Part shown: piece by piece, positions 16,194 through 25,216 of the stretch
Position numbering within the stretch: the stretch's first letter is position 1
Layout: each line of letters starts with the position of its first letter
DNA from: Anaerolineae bacterium
GTDB lineage: Bacteria > Chloroflexota > Anaerolineae > Anaerolineales > Villigracilaceae
Direction of reading: 5' to 3'
DNA: 64,000 nt
Assembly: GCA_018648605.1 (NCBI GenBank)
Contig: JABGQU010000001.1
Span: 3,390-67,389, forward strand
Position numbers and translations under genes: made by a program
Notes under the pieces: generated by a model
What the model was told of the DNA's origin: nothing
Databases searched by the model: none
The model's input: only the letters and a program-made list of their open reading frames with translations

Positions 16194-17506
16194 AATTTTC
16201 ACTCTCATCATCATTTGCCCGTCTGACAACCTTTGTGCTGGCGGCTATCTTTCTTGTAACCATCGGTGGCATTCTCGTGACTATGAGCGGTGCCACAGAA
16301 GCTTGCACTGGTTGGCCCCTATGTCAACCGGAAGGCGTGCTGGGATGGATGCAGTTGCTGCACCGCGCTTCAGTTGCATTTGCTTGCGTGCTAATGTTTT
16401 ACCTGCTTTTCCGCGCTTGGCGTGATGTACGCGATGATCGTGTTTTGCTACCACTCGCGACATTAACTGTGATCCTGTTTTTCTCGCAAATCTTTGTGGG
16501 CGCAATTGAAGTTACACGTGGTTTCCCGCGTTATTTGGCAGTTTTGCATGCCCTGACGGGAGTTGCACTTTGGACTGGATTATTGGGGCTTGTGATCGCT
16601 TCTGGATTTTTAGCGCGCGAAGTCGTGGCTTTTCCTCCACTGGATTTGCGCCAAAGAGCACGTGATTTTCTGACGCTAACCAAACCCATCGTTGTTTTGC
16701 TTCTGTTAGTCACCACCTACGCCGGTATGGTAGTAGGCGGTAAAGCCTGGCCCGTACTCTCTCTAACCTTCTGGACGATGCTGGGTGGCTATATGGCAGC
16801 TGGTGGCTCATCAGCCCTAAATCAGTATATAGATCGCGACCTGGATAAAAACATGCAGCGCACAGCCCAGCGTCCGTTGGCAGCAAGTCGTATGACACCT
16901 GCCGAAGGGCTTGCTTTTGGATTGGCGTTGTCGGTATTGAGTTTTTATATCTACGCTGGGTTTGTCAATTTGCTGGCAGCATTTTTATCTTTGGCAGGGA
17001 TCATTTACTATGTGGTGCTATACAGTATTTTGCTTAAGAAAGCGACCGTCCAAAATATCGTGATCGGTGGAGGCGCAGGTGCTATCCCGCCACTGGTAGG
17101 GTGGGCGGCTGTTACGGGTAGCTTGAATATCCCTGCGCTATTTCTCTTTGCGATCGTATTTATGTGGACACCTCCACATTTTTGGGCATTGGCGATAGTG
17201 CGCAAAAAAGATTATGCTCGCGCAGGTATCCCGATGATGCCGGTTGTGCGGGGCGAAAAAGCAACGCGTTGGCAAATTCTGATCTATACATTGGAATTGG
17301 TTGCGCTAACGCTTTTGATGCCCGTCTTCAAGTTCACAGGTACGATCTACCTGGTTTCTGCACTGGTGCTGGGAGTGTGGCTCATCCATACTGCCTGGCA
17401 AGTCTGGCGGCAAGAAGGCAATCAGATCGCCTGGAAGATGTACCGCTACTCAAGTATGTATTTGGCGTTTATCTTTCTCGCATTGATGATAGATGCTGTG
17501 CAGTAA
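16190..17506 (+). CDS. ctaB: Haem O synthase (protohaem IX farnesyltransferase) with an N-terminal four-helix CtaA-like module
   Basis: GTG at 16190 with AAGGAG 5 nt upstream; it overlaps the SURF1 stop (GTGA). The first about 160 aa have 4 TM segments, CTGWPLC and two helix histidines (LHRAS, LHALTG). The rest is UbiA-type CtaB (LTKPIVVLLL..., NQYIDRDLDKNMQRT, WTPPHFWAL). Confidence 0.9.
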   Translation: MKFSLSSSFARLTTFVLAAIFLVTIGGILVTMSGATEACTGWPLCQPEGVLGWMQLLHRASVAFACVLMFYLLFRAWRDVRDDRVLLPLATLTVILFFSQIFVGAIEVTRGFPRYLAVLHALTGVALWTGLLGLVIASGFLAREVVAFPPLDLRQRARDFLTLTKPIVVLLLLVTTYAGMVVGGKAWPVLSLTFWTMLGGYMAAGGSSALNQYIDRDLDKNMQRTAQRPLAASRMTPAEGLAFGLALSVLSFYIYAGFVNLLAAFLSLAGIIYYVVLYSILLKKATVQNIVIGGGAGAIPPLVGWAAVTGSLNIPALFLFAIVFMWTPPHFWALAIVRKKDYARAGIPMMPVVRGEKATRWQILIYTLELVALTLLMPVFKFTGTIYLVSALVLGVWLIHTAWQVWRQEGNQIAWKMYRYSSMYLAFIFLALMIDAVQ

Positions 17507-17527
17507 AGAAATTACTTTATGTTGATT

Positions 17528-17568
17528 AAAAATCTCTCTAGTCTTCATGGCCTGAGAGATTTTTTTTA
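17528..17568. terminator. Probable bidirectional terminator between ctaB and the convergent cytochrome c gene
   Basis: AAAAATCTCTC ... GAGAGATTTTTTTT. The A/T-flanked stem has a relatively large loop of about 15 nt. Confidence 0.5.
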
Positions 17569-17593
17569 TAACGAGAATTATCTTTTTTTGAAC

Positions 17594-18007
17594 CTAATCA
17601 AAGGTTCTCACGTAAGAAATGACTTTCCAGATTTGATCTTCAGTCAGTACAGTCTTCCATCCGACCATGGATGTCCCGTCTTTTCCTTCAGAAATTCTCC
17701 AAAACAGGAGTTCATCATCAGCCGTTTTGTGGAAGTCGGCCAAGATGGCTGGCGGAGGTATCAAAGATATTGAAGCGGGGCCATCTCCCAGCCCAGTCAA
17801 GCCGTGACAGGCAGAGCAGGTCTTTTCGTAAACAGTTTTTCCCTCAGTGAGAACATCAGAAGAACTGGCTAATGAGTTAGTTTTCCCCACATAACCAGAG
17901 GGTATAACCGAACCGGTTGTATCCTCGCTCGGTGCCTGTGTGTCGCCACAAGCTGAGATCAAAGTCATTAGCCCGATAGCAAAAATAAAGACGAAGTTCT
18001 TTTTCAA
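17594..18007 (-). CDS. Class I monohaem cytochrome c lipoprotein
   Basis: Lipobox LISAC, CSACH haem motif and a downstream Met (GTSMVGW). Confidence 0.85.
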   Translation of the reverse strand: MKKNFVFIFAIGLMTLISACGDTQAPSEDTTGSVIPSGYVGKTNSLASSSDVLTEGKTVYEKTCSACHGLTGLGDGPASISLIPPPAILADFHKTADDELLFWRISEGKDGTSMVGWKTVLTEDQIWKVISYVRTFD

Positions 18008-18024
18008 GAGATAAACTCCTCGAG

Positions 18025-19065
18025 TTAGTTTTTAGCCTTGACGCGATCTAAGTCGCGTAAGCGATGGATGGTGAAGACAGATAGCCCAAACAAGAGTACA
18101 GCGGTCAATTGATGAAAAAGCGCAAGCGAAATTTGAACATTACAGATCACAACCAGTACACCTAGCGTGATCTGTACGCAGCCTAGCCCTAGAATTATAA
18201 GTAAAGTATTCTTGATCTCTTTCGGGTAATTTCTTTTGTATGCTGAAAAAATCAGCAATAAAATGAAAAACAAAGCTATGAAAGCGGCCCAACGATGTGT
18301 AAAAACGATAGTTTGTGGGGACTGCAGCAGATTGCTTGCATTGCTGAATAAACCCGCGGGAACCCACTGACCAAACATCAGAGGCCAGGTATTTGAGATG
18401 TGACCAGCTTTTAGTCCGGCAGTGAAGCCGCCGTATGAAATTTGCAGGATTAGTATCACTATACTAATAGTTGCAAGTTTTGAAAGGGGAGACCACTTGG
18501 CTTTAATACTCTGGTCAGAAAACCCAAAACGATGCCCAAGGGCTACCCATAGACTTAACGCGAACAGGGTCAGGGCCAATAGCAAATGGAGTGTAAGGCG
18601 AATATGGCTGACCGCTGGACGATCAACTAAACCGCTGGCAACCATAAACCATCCCATAAAGGCTTGCCCAACAAAAAGCAATCCCATCACAATGTATATG
18701 CCAAATTCTTTGCGGGGAATAGACTTCTTGTATAAAAAGAAAAACGAAGGAATCAAGTAAAAAAAGCCTGCCAGACGGGCGATAAATCTGTGAGTCCACT
18801 CAATATAAAAGATACGCTGATATCCTTCCAGCGTCATACTATGGTTGACTTTTTGAAATTCTGGCGTTAATTGATATTTGCTGAATTCAGCCTGCCAGGC
18901 TGGCTCGCCGATCGGCGGAAATATCCCGTTGACGGGGTTCCACTCTACAATGGATAACCCTGAGCGTGTCAGACGCACAAAGCCTCCAAAAACTACCAGA
19001 AAGGCAACAACAAAAGCAAAGATGAATAACCAAATCATGACAGCACGATTTTTAGTTTTTGGCAT
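18025..19065 (-). CDS. ctaA: Haem A synthase, COX15-type (eight TM)
   Basis: 346 aa. N-terminal RLTRSGLSIVEWNPVNGIFPP...W..EF.KY signature of COX15/CtaA. TATAAT (19089-19094, minus strand) and SD GGAG lie upstream. Confidence 0.85.
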   Translation of the reverse strand: MPKTKNRAVMIWLFIFAFVVAFLVVFGGFVRLTRSGLSIVEWNPVNGIFPPIGEPAWQAEFSKYQLTPEFQKVNHSMTLEGYQRIFYIEWTHRFIARLAGFFYLIPSFFFLYKKSIPRKEFGIYIVMGLLFVGQAFMGWFMVASGLVDRPAVSHIRLTLHLLLALTLFALSLWVALGHRFGFSDQSIKAKWSPLSKLATISIVILILQISYGGFTAGLKAGHISNTWPLMFGQWVPAGLFSNASNLLQSPQTIVFTHRWAAFIALFFILLLIFSAYKRNYPKEIKNTLLIILGLGCVQITLGVLVVICNVQISLALFHQLTAVLLFGLSVFTIHRLRDLDRVKAKN

Positions 19066-19227
19066 AAAGACTCCAATATTTTACGGGGATTATAGCATGT
19101 AGCTGTGCATTATAAATGGCTCTATTTCTGTAAATTTCATAGCGCAGTTTTCAGCAGGATTGATGAATAAAAAACCTAATCTGATATTGGGAGCACAGGA
19201 TCGCCAACCTTTGATAAAATTGTCGCC

Positions 19228-21354
19228 ATGTCTCACATCATAAGAATTGCCACCTTGATCAATGCCAAGCCCGCCCAAGTGGAAGCCACCATCCGCTTGC
19301 TGGATGAGGGCAACACCGTCCCTTTTATCTCTCGTTATCGCAAAGAAATGACAGGTTCTCTGGATGATGAGCAAGTTCGCATTGTTGCGGATGAAATTCT
19401 GCGCCTGCGCGCGCTGGATGACAGGCGTGCTACCGTTTTGAAATCTATTGAGGAGCAAGGAAAGCTAACCGATAAGCTTCGTGTAGCACTCCTCGCTGCC
19501 GATACACTGACCGCACTCGAAGACCTTTATGCACCTTATCGCCCCAAGCGACGCACACGCGCAACGATGGCGCGTGAAAAAGGGTTGGAGCCTTTGGCAG
19601 AGTTGATTTTGACCCAATCACTAAGCGGCTCGCCCAAAGAAGCGGCAGCCGAATTTCTGGGCGATGATGTTCCTGATGTAGAAGAAGCCTTGCAAGGCGC
19701 ACGCGATATTATCGCCGAGAGCATTAGCGATAACGCCAATGTCCGCGCCGAGACGCGTGAGAAGTCACTTAAATTTGCGACCTTGCGTGCAGAAAAGATC
19801 AAGGCTGCGCAGGATGAGCGCGGTGTTTATGAAAGCTATTATGCCTTTGAAGGACGTGTAGACCGTCTGCAACCTCATCAGGTTTTGGCGCTTTCACGCG
19901 GAGAAAAAGCAGGTATTTTAAAAGTGCGTGTCAAAATTACCGAGCGCGATTGGCTAGAAGCTGTACAACGAGAATTCTCCGAAGATATGCTCAGCCCCTT
20001 TGCAGATCAACTGGAAGAAGCCATGCAAGATGCCGCCTCGCGTTTGCTTTTGCCTGCCATCGAACGGGATGTGCGCCGCGCTCTCGCTGAAAAATCTGAC
20101 TCTCACGCCATTCAGGTTTTTGCCACAAATCTGCGCGCATTGCTGGGCCAAGCGCCTCTTATTGGGCAAACAGTATTAGCCATAGACCCCGGTTTTCGAA
20201 CCGGTTCAAAAGTTGCTGTTGTAGATGCAACGAGCAAATTGCTTGATACAGGCACTATTTATCCACACCCCCCACAAAAGAAATGGGGCGAGGCTCTTTC
20301 CCTCCTTGAAGAGATGATCAATCGTCATCACGTCACGCTGGTTGCGGTGGGTAACGGCACTGCATCCCGCGAAACAGAGCAACTCGTTGCCGAGCTAACG
20401 CGCAACGCGCCAGCCACCAAATATCTGATCGTCAACGAGGCGGGCGCGTCAGTTTACTCTGCTTCTCCGCTTGCGCGCGCAGAATTCCCTGATCTAGATG
20501 TCTCCATTCGTGGCGCGGTTTCAATCGCGCGTCGCGCTCAAGACCCCTTAGCTGAGTTGGTCAAAATTGACCCCAAGTCGATTGGCGTGGGTATGTATCA
20601 GCACGATGTGAACCAAAAAGATTTAGGGCATGCTTTAGATGGCGTGGTCGAGTCGGTTGTCAATCAGGTTGGGGTGGACGTGAATACAGCCAGCTCGGCA
20701 TTGCTGACACATGTCGCGGGCGTTGGTACGAAACTTGCCGAGCGTATTGTTGCTCAACGAGACACAGAGGGTGTTTTCAAAACGCGAAAATCTTTGCTTA
20801 AAGTGTCTGGTTTGGGCGCAAAAGCTTACGAGCAATCCGCGGGATTTCTGCGGATTCGAGATGGGGCGAACCCGTTGGACGCATCTGCCATTCACCCGGA
20901 GTCTTATCCTATAGCGGAGGCAATTCTGGGTCGCGCTGGGATTTCGCCTGCTTCCGTTATCGAAGAACGGATTGCCGCTCTCGAAGCACTGGCCGCTAAA
21001 ATCTCCCCCGAAGAACTATCCAAAGAATTAGGCTGTGGGCTGCCCACGCTAAACGATATTCTCGAACAACTGGTGCGCCCGGGGCGTGATCCCCGCAGCG
21101 ATGCACCTGCCCCGATTTTGCGTTCCGATGTGCTCAAAATGAGTGACCTCATAGAGGGCATGAGCCTAAAGGGCACGGTTCGTAATGTGGTTGATTTTGG
21201 CGCATTTGTGGATATAGGCGTGAAGCAAGATGGCTTGCTGCATAAATCGAAAATCCCCTTTGGTACGACGTTGAAAGTTGGCGATATTCTTGATATTGAG
21301 ATCTTGAAGATCGAAGCTGAGCGTGGCAGGATTGGGCTGGGGTGGTCTAAGTAA
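19228..21354 (+). CDS. tex: Tex-like transcription accessory protein (YqgF/HhH/S1 domains)
   Basis: 708 aa. N-terminal TIRLLDEGNTVPFISRYRKE signature and a C-terminal S1 domain (GTVRNVVDFGAFVDIG...DGLLH). Confidence 0.9.
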   Translation: MSHIIRIATLINAKPAQVEATIRLLDEGNTVPFISRYRKEMTGSLDDEQVRIVADEILRLRALDDRRATVLKSIEEQGKLTDKLRVALLAADTLTALEDLYAPYRPKRRTRATMAREKGLEPLAELILTQSLSGSPKEAAAEFLGDDVPDVEEALQGARDIIAESISDNANVRAETREKSLKFATLRAEKIKAAQDERGVYESYYAFEGRVDRLQPHQVLALSRGEKAGILKVRVKITERDWLEAVQREFSEDMLSPFADQLEEAMQDAASRLLLPAIERDVRRALAEKSDSHAIQVFATNLRALLGQAPLIGQTVLAIDPGFRTGSKVAVVDATSKLLDTGTIYPHPPQKKWGEALSLLEEMINRHHVTLVAVGNGTASRETEQLVAELTRNAPATKYLIVNEAGASVYSASPLARAEFPDLDVSIRGAVSIARRAQDPLAELVKIDPKSIGVGMYQHDVNQKDLGHALDGVVESVVNQVGVDVNTASSALLTHVAGVGTKLAERIVAQRDTEGVFKTRKSLLKVSGLGAKAYEQSAGFLRIRDGANPLDASAIHPESYPIAEAILGRAGISPASVIEERIAALEALAAKISPEELSKELGCGLPTLNDILEQLVRPGRDPRSDAPAPILRSDVLKMSDLIEGMSLKGTVRNVVDFGAFVDIGVKQDGLLHKSKIPFGTTLKVGDILDIEILKIEAERGRIGLGWSK

Positions 21355-21392
21355 AGATAAAATTAAACCTAAAAATCTTCTCAAAACACAAA

Positions 21393-21419
21393 AATAGCCC
21401 TGCAATCAGCAGGGCTATT
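21393..21419 (-). terminator. Intrinsic terminator of the minus-strand ylm-like operon (may also stop tex)
   Basis: AATAGCCCTGC / GCAGGGCTATT stem with a 5-nt loop, followed on the minus strand by TTTTGTGTTTT. Confidence 0.6.
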
Positions 21420-21466
21420 CTATTACTTTAGCTTGTTAGTTAATTGTTCAGGCTAATTTCTAAAGG

Positions 21467-21778
21467 CTAGCGCAAATATTCTCGCAATCGCTTGGTCAGC
21501 GAGACGGCATCCAGCCCTAAAACTGAGAGCAACTTGTCGCGTCCATCTTCGCCAGCCACAATATCGACATTCTTTTGGGGAACACCTAAAACATTTGCTA
21601 GGAGTGCGGTTAAAGCCTTGTTATCTTGCCCGCCATTAGGCGCGGCAGTCACGTGAACTTTTACAGTGCCGTCTTCCATTATCCCGACCACTGCATCTCG
21701 GCTTGCTTTCGGCGTCAGCCGTACTGCTAGTGCAGAACCAACTTTTCCATCGTGGAGTTTATATTTCCGTGAAGTCAT
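21467..21778 (-). CDS. DUF167 (YggU) family protein
   Basis: 103 aa with an L.V+V.P.A..D.V.G pattern (LAVRLTPKASRDAVVG...VKVHVTAAP.GG.DN.AL). Conserved position after yggT. Confidence 0.75.
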   Translation of the reverse strand: MTSRKYKLHDGKVGSALAVRLTPKASRDAVVGIMEDGTVKVHVTAAPNGGQDNKALTALLANVLGVPQKNVDIVAGEDGRDKLLSVLGLDAVSLTKRLREYLR

Positions 21779-21791
21779 GAAATCACCTCAA

Positions 21792-22079
21792 CTAATGCGG
21801 TAATGCGGATAAGAAATTAATCAACGCCCAAGCCAATGTTCTAACCAAAAAATATAAAATCAAAGGACTAAGATCAAACATTCCTACGAGCGGCACAACC
21901 TGTCGAATTGGCATCAGCATAGGATTAATAATTCGACCAATACTTTCTCGCACCACGTGGTACGGGGGAAGAAAATACGACAATATCACCGAAAGAATGA
22001 TTAAAAGGATAAGTAATTGCGCAAGAACATTGACAAAAGCGATCAGTATTTCAACAATCATAAAATTCTCCTGGATCAA
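21792..22079 (-). CDS. YggT family membrane protein
   Basis: 95 aa, two or three TM segments, internal PMLMPIRQVVP...DLSP motif. Start overlaps the yggS stop. Confidence 0.75.
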   Translation of the reverse strand: MIQENFMIVEILIAFVNVLAQLLILLIILSVILSYFLPPYHVVRESIGRIINPMLMPIRQVVPLVGMFDLSPLILYFLVRTLAWALINFLSALPH

Positions 22080-22807
22080 ATTGGACGTGCGCCCAAGATG
22101 GCTTGCCCGACCCGAACATAAGTTGCTCCTTCTTCAATGGCGACGCGGAAATCTCCGCTCGTCCCCATGGACAATTGCTCCCACTTCACTTGCGGATACT
22201 GAAGAGAAAGGTAGTCCCGCAACTCGCGTAACTGACGAAAGTAAGGGCGAGCCAGTTCAGCATCTTTGAAAAAGGGAGGCATGGTCATTAAGCCTTGCAC
22301 ATCGAGGTTTTCAAAAGTTAATATCTCCCCGATCTCAGGGAGAAAATGATCCCAATTCAATTTATCAGAGGCCTGCCAGCCAGATTTACTAGCTTCGCCG
22401 CTGATATTAAATTCCAGTAAAACGGGCAACTTTCGTCCAAACTCGGCAGAAAATCGATCCAGGCGGCGAGCCAATTTCAAATTATCAAGGGAGTGTAAAA
22501 GAGCAAAATGTTCAGCCACCAAACGCGCCTTGCGGCTCTGTACATGACCGATCATGTGCCATTCTACCTTATTTTCAGCCCCCAAGGCTTGCTTTTTGCT
22601 TACAGCCTCTTCAGGGTAATTTTCCCCCAAAAGTTCTACTCCGGCAGCAAGCGTGGCTCTTAAGATAGAAAGCGGTTGTTTTTTTGTTACGACAAGCAAT
22701 TTGATCGAATCAGGGTTGCGCCCAGCACCCCGTGCGGCTTCGTCAACTTCTTTCTGAATGGCCTGATAGCGAATACGAATGGACTTGGCTAGGGTATCAA
22801 CTGGCAC
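22076..22807 (-). CDS. yggS: YggS family pyridoxal-phosphate homeostasis protein
   Basis: 243 aa. VTK (PLP lysine), WHMIGHVQSRK and LSMGTSGD motifs. Confidence 0.9.
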   Translation of the reverse strand: MPVDTLAKSIRIRYQAIQKEVDEAARGAGRNPDSIKLLVVTKKQPLSILRATLAAGVELLGENYPEEAVSKKQALGAENKVEWHMIGHVQSRKARLVAEHFALLHSLDNLKLARRLDRFSAEFGRKLPVLLEFNISGEASKSGWQASDKLNWDHFLPEIGEILTFENLDVQGLMTMPPFFKDAELARPYFRQLRELRDYLSLQYPQVKWEQLSMGTSGDFRVAIEEGATYVRVGQAILGARPI

Positions 22808-22840
22808 GGTTTTCTCCTGCGATATTTGTGATGCTATATT

Positions 22841-23623
22841 TTACTCCTTTAGAGCAATCAATGCACCAAAGCGGCCTGTTTTCCCCTTTTCTCCACGATG
22901 GGAGAACCAATCTGCCGGGTTACACATCGTGCAAATTTCGGCGGTTTCAATCTTGGTAACCCCGGCTTTTTCCAGTTGAAGACGATTGGCTGCCCAAAGA
23001 TCGAAATGTCTGCGTTCGCCAACGCGCGGTAAAAGTTTCTCGGCATCTGCACCAAAAGCAGCTTGTACCTGTGAGATCACTTCGTCGCCGACTTCGTAAT
23101 GGTCAGGCCCTATAGCGGGACCTATCGCAGCGTGGATATCTTCTAGTTTGGAGTTATAGCGCTCTTGCATAGCTTTTACTGCTGCTGTAGCGACACCTTG
23201 CACAGTTCCCTGCCAGCCAGCATGTGCCAAGCCGACCACGTTCTTTTTTGTATCCACAAAAAGAAGCGGCGTGCAATCCGCGAAACGCATGTAGAGTGTG
23301 ATCTCGGGGCGGTCTGTGAAGATCAGGTCTGCTTTGTCTTCGTGCGAGTTGGGGTGACGTGGCTCAAGGGCAAAAGATGCTCTTGTCCCGTGAACCTGCC
23401 AAACGTCAAAAACGGATTCAGGATCACGTCCTATTATTTCAAATACGCGAATGCGATTTGCGCTTACGTGTGCAGGATCATCCCCTACGGATCCGCCTAT
23501 GTTGAGGGAGTTCCAAGGCGCGGGGCTAAGGCCACCTTGCCGTGTGAAGATAGCGTGAGTAACTGTAGAGGGGAGGTTTGCAAACTGAAAATAGCGTAAG
23601 CCGTTTTTTTCAATGAAGGGCAT
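22841..23623 (-). CDS. pgeF: Peptidoglycan editing factor PgeF (YfiH/laccase-domain protein)
   Basis: 260 aa. Motifs FTRQGG.S, QVHG, ADC.P and HAGW.G. Confidence 0.85.
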   Translation of the reverse strand: MPFIEKNGLRYFQFANLPSTVTHAIFTRQGGLSPAPWNSLNIGGSVGDDPAHVSANRIRVFEIIGRDPESVFDVWQVHGTRASFALEPRHPNSHEDKADLIFTDRPEITLYMRFADCTPLLFVDTKKNVVGLAHAGWQGTVQGVATAAVKAMQERYNSKLEDIHAAIGPAIGPDHYEVGDEVISQVQAAFGADAEKLLPRVGERRHFDLWAANRLQLEKAGVTKIETAEICTMCNPADWFSHRGEKGKTGRFGALIALKE

Positions 23624-23625
23624 TT

Positions 23626-24648
23626 TTAGTCTCGGGCGTTGATGATGGCAAGTTTCTTGATGAAGAGTTGGCGGGTTTCGCGCATACTCTCCTCGACATA
23701 GGGGATGCCAAACCAGGCAGTCGAGAAGCCAAAGAGAAAGCCTGTAAATGTGCGCAAAAATGGCGTACTTTCACGATAGGGGAGTATTTCTGCGAGGAAT
23801 GGCAACTCAAATTGGCTGATAAGTTGAGAAAATCCATCGAAGCCAATGAAGCCGAGACCGATGAGTACCCAGGCTGCCCAATGCAAAGGCGGGATTCGGC
23901 TTCCTGTAAGGGTGAAGATGATGGCAAATAGAAGCATGGCGGCATAGATGGCGATGTCTCGTTCGCAAAGCGCCATTTTGTAACCCACGCCTTCTTCGCC
24001 TTGATAGTTACGCGCGGCGAAACGAGCCTCGCTGTTTCCTGCGTGGAGATGCGTAATGCCCGTGGCTGTCTCAAAATCGAGAAGGCCAGTTTCTTCGCCG
24101 GTGAGACCGGTTTCCGAAAGGGGATAATAAGGCTGATCTCCAAAAAGAAAGAAGGAGCGGAAGCCAAATTGGTGACAGAGCGGGCTATACATTTTGTAAA
24201 TGATATTTGCTGGCGTGGTTGCGCCAGCATTCTTTAAAACAGGTGCTAAAATCGGCAAGCCGACATATAAGAGCAATGAAAGAATAACAAGCAACATATA
24301 GCGTCGTGAAAGCCAGTAGGAGAATTTATCGGAGCTGCTAAAGGTTGCACCGCGCTGAACGCCTTTTTGATAACGCTCGTCACCGACTTTCTCAAGCTGT
24401 TTTTGACGATCAATTGCTGCGCCTATCGTCATGGCAAGGTCTTGTTTTTTGATCGGTGCTTTGAGTACGTAGGGGCCAATTTCGACAACGGGGATGCTCT
24501 CGCCGTAAGCTGCGATGAGTGCAGGGTCGCTATCGATATCTATCTCAGCAAGGCGATGTGGGTATTTTTCCTGCAAAGAAGCGAGATCGGCTTTGGTTTC
24601 GTCGCAAAGGTGGCAGTTTGTACGCGTGTATAAGGTTAGATTAATCAT
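23626..24648 (-). CDS. Fusion protein: glutaredoxin-like (DUF836-type, CHLC) N-terminal domain plus a DUF2085 membrane domain
   Basis: aa 1-75 have the thioredoxin-fold pattern LYTRTNCHLCDE...IPVVEI. The remainder is multi-TM with SPLCHQFGFRSFF, typical of DUF2085. Confidence 0.7.
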   Translation of the reverse strand: MINLTLYTRTNCHLCDETKADLASLQEKYPHRLAEIDIDSDPALIAAYGESIPVVEIGPYVLKAPIKKQDLAMTIGAAIDRQKQLEKVGDERYQKGVQRGATFSSSDKFSYWLSRRYMLLVILSLLLYVGLPILAPVLKNAGATTPANIIYKMYSPLCHQFGFRSFFLFGDQPYYPLSETGLTGEETGLLDFETATGITHLHAGNSEARFAARNYQGEEGVGYKMALCERDIAIYAAMLLFAIIFTLTGSRIPPLHWAAWVLIGLGFIGFDGFSQLISQFELPFLAEILPYRESTPFLRTFTGFLFGFSTAWFGIPYVEESMRETRQLFIKKLAIINARD

Positions 24649-24655
24649 TGATCAA

Positions 24656-25207
24656 CTATTCAATTCCTATTAGGCGCAGATTTTTTTCTAATTGTGACGG
24701 CGGTATCTCGCCGAGATAAATCGCGCGGATAATGCCATCTTTATCAACAAAAATACTGGTTGGGTATCCGCTGAGTTGATAATGATCGCCAATTTCAAAG
24801 TCATAGTCTAGCAAGATCGGAAAGCTCAAGTTCTCTTTTTGGACAAAAGTTTCAACATCTGCCAAGCGATCTCCCTCATTGATGCCGATCACAACGAGAT
24901 TATCGGCGCTGTGTTTTTGGTAGCTCTCTTCGAGCAGGGGCATCTCCGCAAGACAGGGATAGCACCAGGTTGCCCAAAAATTAATTAGAACGGGTTTGCC
25001 GCGCAAATCTGAAAGGCTGAGGTTCTGACCACTTAATGAGGGTAAGTTGAAATCAGGCGCGAAACCTCCGTTACGTACTGAGGGAGATGAAGCGGGCAGG
25101 TTGAGAGCAAAATAGACCAATCCCAGCGCAGCGATTGCGAGTATGCACAGCACAACCGCAACGCCGAGAATGATCCAGAGCAGGCGGGACGAATTTATCT
25201 TATCCAA
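24656..25207 (-). CDS. TlpA/ResA-like membrane-anchored thiol-disulfide oxidoreductase
   Basis: N-terminal TM helix and a thioredoxin fold with the WATWCYPC active site. Confidence 0.85.
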   Translation of the reverse strand: MDKINSSRLLWIILGVAVVLCILAIAALGLVYFALNLPASSPSVRNGGFAPDFNLPSLSGQNLSLSDLRGKPVLINFWATWCYPCLAEMPLLEESYQKHSADNLVVIGINEGDRLADVETFVQKENLSFPILLDYDFEIGDHYQLSGYPTSIFVDKDGIIRAIYLGEIPPSQLEKNLRLIGIE

Positions 25208-25216
25208 AACTATATT

